This document shows positions 9,389-20,565 of a stretch of DNA of 64,000 nt, one piece after another (the stretch's first letter is position 1; every line of letters starts with the position of its first letter). This DNA is from a virus. The notes beneath the pieces are model-generated. The model was not told where the DNA came from and did no database searches. It worked only from the letters and a program-made list of their open reading frames with translations. Both the position numbers and the translations under genes were made by a program. Location of the stretch: the IMG/VR virus record IMGVR_UViG_3300037418_001469, one strand, 5' to 3'.

Positions 9389-12300
9389 TTAAAATTTATC
9401 GTAGGCTACTAATTCAACCCATCTAATACCAAGATTATTTCCAGTTGTTGCAAGCTTAGCTTGTATCTTACCATTACCAGTTGGTAAATCAGTGAAATAA
9501 GAGCTAAACCAATCTCTTCTTCCGTTTACTGCTCCCCAAGTGAGAGGTAAATCTAAGTCTTTGTCAGTTCCACCAGAAATTCTGATTGTTGCCTTTTGAC
9601 CCGCACTTGATTGAGTGCTATTGATGTCGTCAGAGTAAATTACATATAAGCGATAGTATCTAGTCGCACCTGATTTAACAGAAGGTAGAGCAAATGCACT
9701 TAAATCGTAGTAATCAACTATATCTTCAAATGTTATACTGTCAGTTTGGAATTGTAAATCGCCTGCTATGCCATAGATAGGTCTTCGGTGAACTTCTACA
9801 TATTTTCCAATTTCTTGTATTGAACCATTCTGAACTTTCAATGTGCCATTTACAGTTGTTATATCAGTACTAGCGTCACCTAATGTGCTATTTCCTCCAA
9901 CAATCAACTGACCATTTACTGTGTAATCACCGTTTACAGTTGTTGTACCACTATATGTTTGAACACCAGTTACAGTAAAGTCTCCTGCTATTGCAACTCC
10001 ACCTGAATAGTTTATTGAAAATAATTCATTTCCACTAGTGTTATTAACTTGGAATAGCTTAGTAGAGTTAGTAACATTGGCACTAGGTTGAATCTTAATG
10101 CCTAGTCCTGCAATATTAAATGTGTTGGTGTTCTTGAATATATTAGCTTGGCTTGCTTTTATATCTCCTGCATTTGTAACTGCTGTGTCTACTTCTGATT
10201 TTGTATAAATATTGCTATATAAGTCAGTAATTTGATTAGCAGAGTGAGTATGAGCCGAAGGTGTAAATGTAGAAGGTTTTCCTCCTAATTCCGACCAATC
10301 AACAATTCCCCATTGAGTAACCCCTGCTGTTGCAGTTGCTTTAAGCACATACTGATTATACCCTGTTCCATTAGCAGGAACATGCATATTTCCATCACCA
10401 GTTGGATGAATATAATTATTGGCACTTGTAGCTACAGTTCCTAGCTTATTAAAATCATTAAATGACATGAAGCCATGAGTGGTAGCATTAGCTAATGCGT
10501 GAGCAGAACCACCTGAGCCTGCGTGACCATTAAGAGTAGTTGTATTGAAGTTACCTGAGTGAATAACTAGATTTGAGCCAATATAGAATGTGTTTGGTGC
10601 TTTATAAAGTTCCAACCATTCAATTAGAGTCTCAGCAGTACCTGATGTATCGCCATAGTTGCCAATCATAACTAAGTCAAAATATTTAGCTTCGGGGTCA
10701 AACTTATTAGCAGAAGAACCAGAAGTAGCATTATATCCTGATATTGTAGCCTCAAAATACTGGGTATTACCCGATGCAATAGTTACACCAGTAGCGCCAA
10801 AGTAGTTATAAGACATTGCTTGGTCAGTCGATATAGACAAATAGTTGTTATCTAGTGAGTCAGCACCGATATAGAATGTGCCTGCACCACTCTTCTTTGT
10901 AACCTTTGCCCTAACAAAGTAGGTACTATCAGGGTCAATAGGCAATCTAGTCTTAACTTTAATCCAAGTGCTATTACCTGATAAAACAACTCCTCTGTAA
11001 GTTGAATTATAATATGCACTTCCACCACTCTTATAATAAATCAATGGTGTCCAATCGTTATTACCAAGAATTAAAGAATTACTTCCATGCTCCATTGATT
11101 TTCCGATTGTTGTACCATTCAGGTTGTTTCCTGACAACTTAGCATATATTCCATCAGCAGTAGTTTGGTTAATTGCATTGTCTTGGATTCTTAGTAGCTT
11201 ACCGTAGTTTGAACCATCAATAAATCCATTTGCTCCCCCACTTACCGCTACTGCGTGTGCGCTTCCTCCTGAACCTATGTGATTAGTAGTATTGGCACTT
11301 ACAGTTACGAAGCTAGCATTCAAATTAGATACATCGACACCATCTACAGTTCCCGTTACTGTGATATTTCCAGTTACAGATACATTTCCACTTGTGTTAA
11401 TAGCTTTAGCGTTTAATGTTCCAGTTAACTGTCCTCCATTAAGTGTTAAATACAAGTCATCATGCTTATGGTCTCCACGAGACAAGGTATTCGCAGTTCC
11501 ATAGTTGCCACTTGCACCTGCCCAATTTTCAATACTATTTAATAGCTCTAAGTTGTCTTCCCATATATGCAAGTCAGTTCCTAGTGGACCTGCACCAACA
11601 ATTATATTATGTCTTCCATGTTCATGAGTAGGGTGGTTTAGGTCTAGCTTGTGTTCTGAAATTCTAGCATAATTGCTAATATGCCAATCCATGATAGTAT
11701 TAGGCAAGATTTTCTCTGCCCTAACTGCTCCGTTTGCCAAGTGGTCATGTTGGATACCAGTTTTATGTGGCTGACTTCCGTTCCACTTTTCAATCTTATG
11801 AGCAGGGAATACATCAGCAGATTCAGACCTTCTCCAGTGTGTACTTAGTTTACCAGTTTCAAAGATTGAAGAAGTTACATATGCTGTACCTCTTTCCTCT
11901 TTAGAACCATCAGCATTGAGTTCAGTTCTTAATCTTACACGATATTTGATTGGCACTGATTTATCAGGAATACCAGTGTCAGGGTTTGTCCTTGGAGTGT
12001 CATATGCACCTTCTGTAGATTGTAATCCTTGACCTTGATACCATTTTGTTTGCTCAGAAACTACCTTGTATCTCTTAAACAATGTCGCAGAAGTGCTAGT
12101 GGGAATCAATAGAGATGAACGACTATTATATTGGAAGTCTTCAAAACGAAGCCTATCTAGTGTCACCTTGCCACTTTCTTGTCTGATAATTACCCTGTGT
12201 TTTCCTGCAACTACACCTTTCATAACATCTTCTTTAATGTTTTCAGATGGTGGGAACGACATAACATGTCTGTGTGCTACATTGTTTACGAATGGTGCTT

Positions 12301-15300
12301 CTTGACTTAGATAATGACCTGAGTTCATCAATGTAGGCATCTCAATTTCAATCTTACCGAACTGAGGACCAACAATGTATGTCATATACCACCAAGATGT
12401 AAATTCGATTTGTATATTCATTGCTACATATGCTTTCGAAATATCTGTAGAAACAAAACCCTTTCCATTTGTTGCAATTTGCTGACCTGCTTTAGGAGAG
12501 TTTGTAGGATACACATATCCTTTTTCTAACTGCCAATCTCCATATACTTTGATTTCAGTCCAATCGCTAGTGTTTCCTGATGTTTGACCGTCTCCACTAG
12601 TCCAACCATTAGCCCAATCCCGTACATATCTTACGGGTTTTGCATCAAATGTGATAAATTTAGCATAGTGTGTATGGTCATGCAGAGAATGATAAGTAGG
12701 CTTTTCATTGTATGTACCTGACACCGCACTGTCATAAACGGTATACCAAGTATTGCCATCTTCTGAAACCTCAGTTTTAGTTCCTTTGTATACTCTGTCT
12801 ACACCGTATTTGTGAGATACGCTGATTTTACCAATCATATATGTAGAGCCTAAGTCAACTTTTATCCATTGATTTCCCGATGGAAGGACAATTCCACCGC
12901 TTGAAGGTGGTAAAGGATTTGCTGTGGTATCTCCCTCTAGAGCGTCAACTTCATAATCGTTAACGATTAATCCGACTGTTCCAGAAGTAGGAGCAACAGA
13001 AGTGGTTACTGTCATTCCTTTTGCCCTATTAGTGATTGTGCTATATTCCAATCCAGTATATTGCTCATTAATTCCATTAGCAGAAGGAGTGAACGGTGCT
13101 GTCTGTTGGTTGTCTGCGACAACAAACTTAGGAACAAATTCATCAACTTCATAGGTCACATTGAAGTTTGGTGATGAACCGTTATCAATAGCAACTAGCG
13201 TAGACGCATTATGAGTCTTGAAATATATATTATTTCTAGCTGTATAATCTGCCTCTACCCAACCGCCTGACGGAATAGCGTTAGCAGAAAACTCAATTCT
13301 AGAATCAGGAGAATAGTAGATTGTGTATGTATTTGCACTTGCACTTGTACGAACAGTGCTTCCTGATACTAGTTGACCAATTTTAATATTACTTGGAGCA
13401 GGACTATTTAACCATTCTCCTGCTTTTGGTCTAAATATCGTATTTCCTGTTCCTACTGTATAAAGCCTTTCGCCAACAGTACTTATCAAGTTATTACCGT
13501 TTGAATAGTTAGTTATATTCGTAATATCTTGCTCAATCTGTGCATACTGATAGTCGTATCCATATGTGGTTAATTTTGAGTATCCGCCTTCGTTTAGAAG
13601 TGGTTCGTTAACATGAAACTCCACAGCCGATTTTGACCTTATGTTTCCACTTGCATCATATATCCAATCACTTCTATCAGGTGTCCAACCGTCAGCACCT
13701 TGATATAGGATTCCACCCTCAAGTCCCATGAATGGGTCTCCAATATAAGAACCAGTTGGATAAATAAATGATAGGTCACCTGAACCACCGTAGTTAGCTA
13801 CATACATATATCTTCCATCAGGAGTGAAATCGAATCCTTTAGGGTTAGTACCAACATTGATAGTCATTGTAACTGTCTCTGTTGTAGGATTTATTTTCAC
13901 TATTTGATTTTGTCCGCCAAGTGTTACATATAGGTTTCCACCTACTACATTCATAAATGATGGCTTAGAACCAACATTTTTTATCGTTCTTACTGTAAAT
14001 GTATTCGTTGTTCTCATTGGTTCGAATGGATTCCAGTTTTCGTATACCGACTCACCTAGGAAAGCACCATAGTAATCTCTGTCAGCTTGAATTTCATCTA
14101 AAATCTGTTGTTCGTCAATTACAGAAATACTATTTGAACCGCCTAGAGAAATGAATAGTTTACCATTTATCAATCTAACGAAGTCAGGAGAATCTCCTAC
14201 TGGAATACGATACCTTACATATGTTGTTCTTGGACCCCCACCGTCAGTTTCCATACCATCCCCAATAGGACTTTCAGCAGATGTGTCACGACCAGTTAGT
14301 GCGTTGTATGGTGCAGTGCCAGTTTTATCAATAACAACCAATTCGCCATTTTCATTATCAATCACATACAATGTGTCGGCATCTGTGCTTTTTTCAATAC
14401 CATGTGGTCTGTACTTTTTAAGCGAACCGTCGGAATCTCCGTATCCACCATGACTATGACTCATAGACATACTCATTTGACCTGATTCACTTGCATTATA
14501 CTGACTACTCGCATCTCCACCTGTTACTTCGTTTAATCCGAACATAGCGTCTAGACCGCCATGAGCATTATCTGTTCCGTAGGCTGAGATAGGTATTCTT
14601 CCTTTTACCTTCCATAAATGAGAGTCGTGTGCTGATGTATCAATTACTAATACATCTCCGTCACCTGCCATAGTTATATATGTAAACAAGTTGCTATCTA
14701 AAACAAGGTCATATGGTTCGTTACCTAGAGGAATTTTATGATGAATGTATAAATCTCCATTTACTGAACTTGGAGGTGAATCTACAACGATAAATGAGTC
14801 AGGAACATTCATATCCATTGGGTCACTATTCAATACGAATAAGTGCTTGTGGTCCGCTAATTCCTCCCCAACAAATTTAATTCTAGCAGGACCCATACCC
14901 ATTTTCTTAGTATTAGTTGTTAAAACATCTTGTACTAAGTCCAACTGAACCATAGTATCATCACCTTGAACAGTGATATACGCAAAGTTACCAGTAGGGT
15001 GAATAGCAATATCAACAGGTTTTTTAGCAGGAATATCAATTGCTTTTACTTTAACACCAGTTGTTAAATCAATCTTCCATACTTGGTGTGCTCCTATTCC
15101 AGTTGCAGTATTACCTAGTAAAGCCTCTCCACTTGGATTCTCTCTCTTAAATCCATAATCAGAAGATGATGCTAAAAATAGACCGTTCTTCAATAGATTA
15201 TCTGATTGAATAACACCTGCATCCAATCCATCTACTCTTAAGTATCCGCCACCAATCAAAGTCTCACCTGTTTGGCTATTATACACTTGCATAACTTGAG

Positions 15301-17827
15301 CATCTAACCCAATGGTTGAGATGTGGTCTGCTGTAATTGAACCTGCACGAATGGAATCTGATGTAATAGCACCTGATTGAATCTTGTCTGCTGTGATACT
15401 TTGACCTGCTAACTCAGTTGTAGTTATAGCACCTGACTTAATTTGCAAAGAATCAATGCTGTTAGCTACAATTTTATCACCAGTAATTGAGTTACCTGAA
15501 ATCTTATCGCCAGTAATTGTTCCACCTGAGATAAGCTGTCCATTTAGTCTACCAACCGTTATAGTGTCCGCATTTACACTTGCAATCTTGGCATATTGAA
15601 TTGTGGCATCAGCTATCAGAGCATTAGTAATATTACCGCTAGCAATATTAGCTGTTTTAATTTCACCTGTTCCAATCTTTGCTGATGTAATAATACCATC
15701 TTTAATTGTAGCAGTTGTGATTGATGCATCAGCAAGAATACCTGACTGAGCAGTAATTGTTCCTACTTGCATACTAGACGCAGTTATGCTTGCTGTGGTA
15801 ATCGTTGCACCGTCGATAACTGTGTTACCCTGTGTATAATACTTAGAAGGAACGACTTCCTTAACCAATGATGGCTTTGTCCATTTTACTATTGCTGTTG
15901 CTCCACCTGTTCCCTCTACCGCTTCAATAAGTATTGGATACCATTGACCCTGTGTTAATGAGATAGTTCCTGTTGTTTCAACGCCAGTGTAACTAGGAAT
16001 ATTTACAACTACAGTGTTATTTACAACTATTTTTCCTAAGTCATCAGCAGTTAAATGGAATGAATAGGTTCCACTTTCAGGCGCATATATAAAACCTTGC
16101 CATCTAACAGCAAAATTGTCATTTTGACCTACAATTGTAGGAGAGCCAGTTCCCCAACTAAAGTTAACTGTTGGGTCAATTTGATGCCCTTTATAAGTTT
16201 GAAACTTATTAGTACTACTACCTGTATATGTGTAGTATTGACCTAACAAACCTTCTTTTCTAGTTCCAACTGTTAAATGGTCTGTATCAATTGCTCCTCC
16301 TGAAATTTTATCACCAGTAATTGTTCCGCCCGAAATCTTATCTCCAGTAATACTATTTGAAGAAATGTGCTGTGTCTGAATACTATTAGCCGATATATGT
16401 TGTGCTTGAATAGCATTTGCAGTGATATGGTTAGCATTAATCGCATTTGCGGTAATGTGATTAGCAGAAATCTGATTAGCAGAAATCTTATCTCCGTATA
16501 TACTATTAGCAGACAAATGTTGAGTTCGAATTGCATTTGCTGTTATATGTTGTGCATTGATAGCGTTCGCAGTAATATGTGTAGCATTGATAGCGTTAGC
16601 TGTAATATGTCCTGCATTTATACTATTAGATGATATATGACTGCTTTGAATTGTACCTGCAACAATATGATTTCCAGTTATACTATTTGAACTAATATGT
16701 TGACCTTGAATAGTATTAGATGAAATATGTTGAGAAGTTATAGCGTTCGCAGTAATATGCGTAGCATTAATGACACCTGCCTGTATATGACCTGAGTTGA
16801 TAGTATTAGCAGAAATATGACCAGTTTGAATGCTATTAGAAGAGATATGACCTGCCTGAACTGAGTTAGCTGATATATGTTCAGTTCTGATTGCGTTTGC
16901 GGTGATATGGTTAGCTGAAATACTGTTTGCTGTAATATGTTGAGCATTAATAGCATTTGCGGTAATATGCGTAGCGTTAATAGCATTTGCAGTGATATGG
17001 TTAGCCGAGACTTGATTAGCCTGTATCTTTTCACCAGTTATACTATTAGCAGAAAGGTGCTGAGTTGTAATAGCGTTAGCAGTAATATGAGTTGCAGTAA
17101 TAGCGTTTGCTGAAATCTCACTAGAGGTAATACTGTTTGCAGAAATATGTGTAGCATTTATAGCGTCTGCTTTAATTTTAGTAGCATCAATACTATTAGC
17201 AGAAATCTGATTTGTCTGTACAGAATTTGCAGATAGATGTTGTACTTGAATTGCATTTGCATTAATATGTACAGAATTGATAGCATTTGCTGTAATATGT
17301 GTAGCATTTATAGCATTTGCAGTTATTGACACTGCATTAATTGCACCTGCCTGAATTTGTGTTGCTGTAATAGTATTCGAACTAATATGCTGTGTTTGAA
17401 TAGCATTCGCACTTATTTTATCAGAAGTAATGGAGTTTGCAGAAATATGCTCAGCCTGAATAGAATACGCTGAAATATGCCTAGCCTCTATTGTATTCGT
17501 CCTGATATGGTCAGAGTTAATCGTCCCATCTGCTAAATCATCAGTAGAAATAATAATAGGGGCATTTGGCTCTTTTAAGCCACCATTTATATTACTACCA
17601 CCTCTAGCTATTGGACTTCCATTGCTCCACTCAACAGTAACCCAATCACCGACTCTAGGAATGTAGTTTCCTTCTATTCCAACCGCCTCTAGTATAAATC
17701 CGCTACCGCCCATATTTACATTGATTAGTCTGTCAGTAATTACTTGAACTACTTCACCATAATCAAGATAATTATTGTCACTTGCATTTGTTTCATATTT
17801 TAAAAATCTCTTGTTAAAGTAACCCAT
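9389..17827 (-). CDS. giant tail tip/receptor-binding protein (decapeptide repeats, PA14, YVTN beta-propeller, discoidin domains)
   Basis: (ITANAINATH)n repeats; PA14 motif GLLGQYY..FAVRWQGFIYAP..ADD; YVTN-like INVGTNPKGFDFTPDGRYMYVAN; F5/8C-like QWIKVDLG. Confidence 0.8.
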   Translation of the reverse strand: MGYFNKRFLKYETNASDNNYLDYGEVVQVITDRLINVNMGGSGFILEAVGIEGNYIPRVGDWVTVEWSNGSPIARGGSNINGGLKEPNAPIIISTDDLADGTINSDHIRTNTIEARHISAYSIQAEHISANSITSDKISANAIQTQHISSNTITATQIQAGAINAVSITANAINATHITANAINSVHINANAIQVQHLSANSVQTNQISANSIDATKIKADAINATHISANSITSSEISANAITATHITANAITTQHLSANSITGEKIQANQVSANHITANAINATHITANAINAQHITANSISANHITANAIRTEHISANSVQAGHISSNSIQTGHISANTINSGHIQAGVINATHITANAITSQHISSNTIQGQHISSNSITGNHIVAGTIQSSHISSNSINAGHITANAINATHITANAINAQHITANAIRTQHLSANSIYGDKISANQISANHITANAINANHITANAIQAQHISANSIQTQHISSNSITGDKISGGTITGDKISGGAIDTDHLTVGTRKEGLLGQYYTYTGSSTNKFQTYKGHQIDPTVNFSWGTGSPTIVGQNDNFAVRWQGFIYAPESGTYSFHLTADDLGKIVVNNTVVVNIPSYTGVETTGTISLTQGQWYPILIEAVEGTGGATAIVKWTKPSLVKEVVPSKYYTQGNTVIDGATITTASITASSMQVGTITAQSGILADASITTATIKDGIITSAKIGTGEIKTANIASGNITNALIADATIQYAKIASVNADTITVGRLNGQLISGGTITGDKISGNSITGDKIVANSIDSLQIKSGAITTTELAGQSITADKIQSGAITSDSIRAGSITADHISTIGLDAQVMQVYNSQTGETLIGGGYLRVDGLDAGVIQSDNLLKNGLFLASSSDYGFKRENPSGEALLGNTATGIGAHQVWKIDLTTGVKVKAIDIPAKKPVDIAIHPTGNFAYITVQGDDTMVQLDLVQDVLTTNTKKMGMGPARIKFVGEELADHKHLFVLNSDPMDMNVPDSFIVVDSPPSSVNGDLYIHHKIPLGNEPYDLVLDSNLFTYITMAGDGDVLVIDTSAHDSHLWKVKGRIPISAYGTDNAHGGLDAMFGLNEVTGGDASSQYNASESGQMSMSMSHSHGGYGDSDGSLKKYRPHGIEKSTDADTLYVIDNENGELVVIDKTGTAPYNALTGRDTSAESPIGDGMETDGGGPRTTYVRYRIPVGDSPDFVRLINGKLFISLGGSNSISVIDEQQILDEIQADRDYYGAFLGESVYENWNPFEPMRTTNTFTVRTIKNVGSKPSFMNVVGGNLYVTLGGQNQIVKINPTTETVTMTINVGTNPKGFDFTPDGRYMYVANYGGSGDLSFIYPTGSYIGDPFMGLEGGILYQGADGWTPDRSDWIYDASGNIRSKSAVEFHVNEPLLNEGGYSKLTTYGYDYQYAQIEQDITNITNYSNGNNLISTVGERLYTVGTGNTIFRPKAGEWLNSPAPSNIKIGQLVSGSTVRTSASANTYTIYYSPDSRIEFSANAIPSGGWVEADYTARNNIYFKTHNASTLVAIDNGSSPNFNVTYEVDEFVPKFVVADNQQTAPFTPSANGINEQYTGLEYSTITNRAKGMTVTTSVAPTSGTVGLIVNDYEVDALEGDTTANPLPPSSGGIVLPSGNQWIKVDLGSTYMIGKISVSHKYGVDRVYKGTKTEVSEDGNTWYTVYDSAVSGTYNEKPTYHSLHDHTHYAKFITFDAKPVRYVRDWANGWTSGDGQTSGNTSDWTEIKVYGDWQLEKGYVYPTNSPKAGQQIATNGKGFVSTDISKAYVAMNIQIEFTSWWYMTYIVGPQFGKIEIEMPTLMNSGHYLSQEAPFVNNVAHRHVMSFPPSENIKEDVMKGVVAGKHRVIIRQESGKVTLDRLRFEDFQYNSRSSLLIPTSTSATLFKRYKVVSEQTKWYQGQGLQSTEGAYDTPRTNPDTGIPDKSVPIKYRVRLRTELNADGSKEERGTAYVTSSIFETGKLSTHWRRSESADVFPAHKIEKWNGSQPHKTGIQHDHLANGAVRAEKILPNTIMDWHISNYARISEHKLDLNHPTHEHGRHNIIVGAGPLGTDLHIWEDNLELLNSIENWAGASGNYGTANTLSRGDHKHDDLYLTLNGGQLTGTLNAKAINTSGNVSVTGNITVTGTVDGVDVSNLNASFVTVSANTTNHIGSGGSAHAVAVSGGANGFIDGSNYGKLLRIQDNAINQTTADGIYAKLSGNNLNGTTIGKSMEHGSNSLILGNNDWTPLIYYKSGGSAYYNSTYRGVVLSGNSTWIKVKTRLPIDPDSTYFVRAKVTKKSGAGTFYIGADSLDNNYLSISTDQAMSYNYFGATGVTIASGNTQYFEATISGYNATSGSSANKFDPEAKYFDLVMIGNYGDTSGTAETLIEWLELYKAPNTFYIGSNLVIHSGNFNTTTLNGHAGSGGSAHALANATTHGFMSFNDFNKLGTVATSANNYIHPTGDGNMHVPANGTGYNQYVLKATATAGVTQWGIVDWSELGGKPSTFTPSAHTHSANQITDLYSNIYTKSEVDTAVTNAGDIKASQANIFKNTNTFNIAGLGIKIQPSANVTNSTKLFQVNNTSGNELFSINYSGGVAIAGDFTVTGVQTYSGTTTVNGDYTVNGQLIVGGNSTLGDASTDITTVNGTLKVQNGSIQEIGKYVEVHRRPIYGIAGDLQFQTDSITFEDIVDYYDLSAFALPSVKSGATRYYRLYVIYSDDINSTQSSAGQKATIRISGGTDKDLDLPLTWGAVNGRRDWFSSYFTDLPTGNGKIQAKLATTGNNLGIRWVELVAYDKF
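16280..17525 (-). repeat. intragenic 30-bp/10-aa tandem repeats (about 40 copies)
   Basis: I(T/S)AN(A/S)I(N/Q/T)A(T/Q/N)H periodicity in the translation. Confidence 0.9.
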
Positions 17828-17846
17828 TTGCTAACTCCTTTCTCTG

Positions 17847-19487
17847 CTATGGCAAGACATTACCGCTTGCATCTTTCCTGATTGGCACTGGTATCGCAAC
17901 CGACATTTCTGAGGATACTGGTGATTTTGAACCTTTCTTTCCTATCGCTTTAAGCCTATATTTTAATGTTACTGTATTACCACTATACCCTGCTTTTTTA
18001 TAATTATCTATCACCGAACTAGCTGAATAGTCATAAAAATAATCTACTTTCTTATTAAGTGAACTTATGTACGATGGAATAGAAGCAATTGTTCCCCAAC
18101 TCCAAGTAGCCACTATATTTCCTGATTTATTTAATTGATGTGCTCTCTCTATTACATAGCCTCCAAAGTTATTATCTAATACATTGCCACTAGCATTTTG
18201 TGATGGTGGTGTCCATTTTGCCATAGGAAAACTTATAGTTTTCTCGTATCCTACCCACCCTGAATTAACATAGTTTTGTATAGTCCTAGATTGTATTAAT
18301 GAGGATAATCCTGTCGGAGCATTTGGTGCAATATCAGGTGTTGATAAAAATATGTCATAACCTTGCAACTGCAATGTTGTTCTTTTTCTGTCTTTACTAT
18401 AATCATTATTTACTGATAATACTTTAAAAATATCATTAGTCGGATTTGTACCTAATCTAGGATTCGTAATCTCAACAATGTCTCCTACCTGAACTAATGG
18501 ATGGAATGGTATCTCGGCAGTTTCAGTTGGATATGCAAACCTCAAATCCCTCAGTATTCCTTCGGCTAATTCATGTGCTTGTGAAACATCTGTAATTAAA
18601 TCAGACATTGACCTTTGTACTTCCATGTATCTCGGTCCATACTTAGCTATTGATTCGTCATCAGTTTTTGTTATTGGGTCGAATCCTTGAACTTTTACAA
18701 CAATATAGTTTCGTACATCTGAATCACTTAATTCCATAGAGTCCGATATTAAATTAGACATTCCTAACACTAAATCAGTAGGTTCTTGACTAAAATCCCT
18801 AACTATTTTTCTCATAACAAGAGAACCGTCTTCCATAAATCTGAGTTCTTGCATAGCAGTGTCAGCTAGCAACTGGATAGCGTCCCATAGATTAGTATCT
18901 TTCGGAGTATATCCACTATCAGGTGTCCCTACCATATATAATGTCGGGTCTAATACTTGTAGAGTTATCTTGTGAGTTGGCGCAAATTCGTCCAGTAAAT
19001 CCTGTATTATATCTTCAACTATCATTTGACTATATTTTGGACCTTGAAAAATATATTTATCTTGTAATAGCTTTGATTTGTCTCTACAAGAAATTGATAT
19101 TGTTGGCTCTGAACTTGCACTTATTTCATCACCCATGTATCCTACAAATTTCTTAACATATGTAAAAGCTCCATTTATAAGAACACCTTCATATAATTCA
19201 ATTCTATGGTTTGAGTCAAAAAGAGGGTTATACACACCTGAAACTAGGTTGTAAGAACTGGCTCTATTTAGTGGAGAAAGCTGATAGTCATAGTTGTCAA
19301 TTTCCAGATTCAACCTTCCACTTCTGCTATCAAAATCATAATTACAAGAGTACGAAATAATCCTATCAGAAATATCTATTGGAGTATTTTCAAGACCACT
19401 TGTGTTCCTGTAAAACTTAACCATTATATCGTATTTTCTATTTGTACCATTTATCGCATTAACAAAGTCAGTAGATGCTGTTATCAT
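17847..19487 (-). CDS. tail hub/baseplate protein with C-terminal FnIII-like domain
   Basis: position after distal tail genes; ISCRDKSKLL, SIAKYG, PLVQVGDIV hub-like motifs; APNAPTGL FnIII-like start. Confidence 0.65.
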   Translation of the reverse strand: MITASTDFVNAINGTNRKYDIMVKFYRNTSGLENTPIDISDRIISYSCNYDFDSRSGRLNLEIDNYDYQLSPLNRASSYNLVSGVYNPLFDSNHRIELYEGVLINGAFTYVKKFVGYMGDEISASSEPTISISCRDKSKLLQDKYIFQGPKYSQMIVEDIIQDLLDEFAPTHKITLQVLDPTLYMVGTPDSGYTPKDTNLWDAIQLLADTAMQELRFMEDGSLVMRKIVRDFSQEPTDLVLGMSNLISDSMELSDSDVRNYIVVKVQGFDPITKTDDESIAKYGPRYMEVQRSMSDLITDVSQAHELAEGILRDLRFAYPTETAEIPFHPLVQVGDIVEITNPRLGTNPTNDIFKVLSVNNDYSKDRKRTTLQLQGYDIFLSTPDIAPNAPTGLSSLIQSRTIQNYVNSGWVGYEKTISFPMAKWTPPSQNASGNVLDNNFGGYVIERAHQLNKSGNIVATWSWGTIASIPSYISSLNKKVDYFYDYSASSVIDNYKKAGYSGNTVTLKYRLKAIGKKGSKSPVSSEMSVAIPVPIRKDASGNVLP

Positions 19488-19500
19488 TATTTTTCACCAC

Positions 19501-20565
19501 CTATAAATTTCCCCATGTATCACTAAATCCTATATTGGTATACGCAATGTCAGCATTTATAGACACTTCGTACATAGCCTCGTTTGTATTTCTCTTTCTT
19601 AATACAGACATGTCTTTCACAGATAATACAGAAGGTATGTTCATTTCGTCATATATTGTTATCTGACCATTTGCAATTATACTTTTAAGATATTCGACAT
19701 CTATTCTAGCTGTGTTAGGATAGAATTGCAGAACCTTTTGACCTAATAGCATAAAGAAGTTATCACTATAATCACTGTAGCATAGATTCACTATATTTGA
19801 TTTTCTTGTTTCTGTCTTACAAACTATTTCTAGCGTAATCTTATCTAAGAATACAATGTCTGACTTATCTTGAAGCACGCCTATGTAATATTTTCCTGCT
19901 TTTTTGATATGTATAATTCCTGTGTATTTTTTCTTTGTGAGTGATGAATTGTAACTATAGTCATCAAATTGATATAAAAATGTATATGTTCCTGTTGTTT
20001 TATCAACAGTATATATTTTACCGTATGGATTAAGCATATATAAACTACTGCCATTGTCCCATGATATATGCTCTGCTGATGCTATATCATCTGTGCTATA
20101 TATATATTTACGATTTGCTACACCATTTTCGTCAGTTATCACTATCGTAGATTTTGTAGACTCCTTATAAATAAATGCTACTTCGGTATCAATATGAATC
20201 ATAGAGGTTGGATTTGTAGGTGGAAGAACTACTGATGCTGTTCCTGTAATTGTGTATGTTCCATATGTTGTTACGCCATCTTTACTTTTTACATCAAAAG
20301 CATTAGTGCTTTTCAAAAGGAACATTCTTTCAGTGGTCCTTTTTTCAGATATTGCGATATATGCTCCGTTGATATTCGCTGTATTATTTGCATATGTTGG
20401 CTTGTCGTAAATATCTATGGTAAATTTTTGAGTTCCATTGTAGTTTAAATTTGGATTGGATACTTCACCATTCATATTGATTGTTATTTGATTTTGAGCA
20501 TTCCACGATTTTCCATTCTCTTTAGGGTTATATTTAACATCATAACCACCTAAGTTCCATTTCAT
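19501..20565 (-). CDS. distal tail-like protein
   Basis: paralogous N-terminus (WNLGGYDVKYNP) to upstream gene; directly downstream of the TMP block. Confidence 0.55.
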   Translation of the reverse strand: MKWNLGGYDVKYNPKENGKSWNAQNQITINMNGEVSNPNLNYNGTQKFTIDIYDKPTYANNTANINGAYIAISEKRTTERMFLLKSTNAFDVKSKDGVTTYGTYTITGTASVVLPPTNPTSMIHIDTEVAFIYKESTKSTIVITDENGVANRKYIYSTDDIASAEHISWDNGSSLYMLNPYGKIYTVDKTTGTYTFLYQFDDYSYNSSLTKKKYTGIIHIKKAGKYYIGVLQDKSDIVFLDKITLEIVCKTETRKSNIVNLCYSDYSDNFFMLLGQKVLQFYPNTARIDVEYLKSIIANGQITIYDEMNIPSVLSVKDMSVLRKRNTNEAMYEVSINADIAYTNIGFSDTWGNL

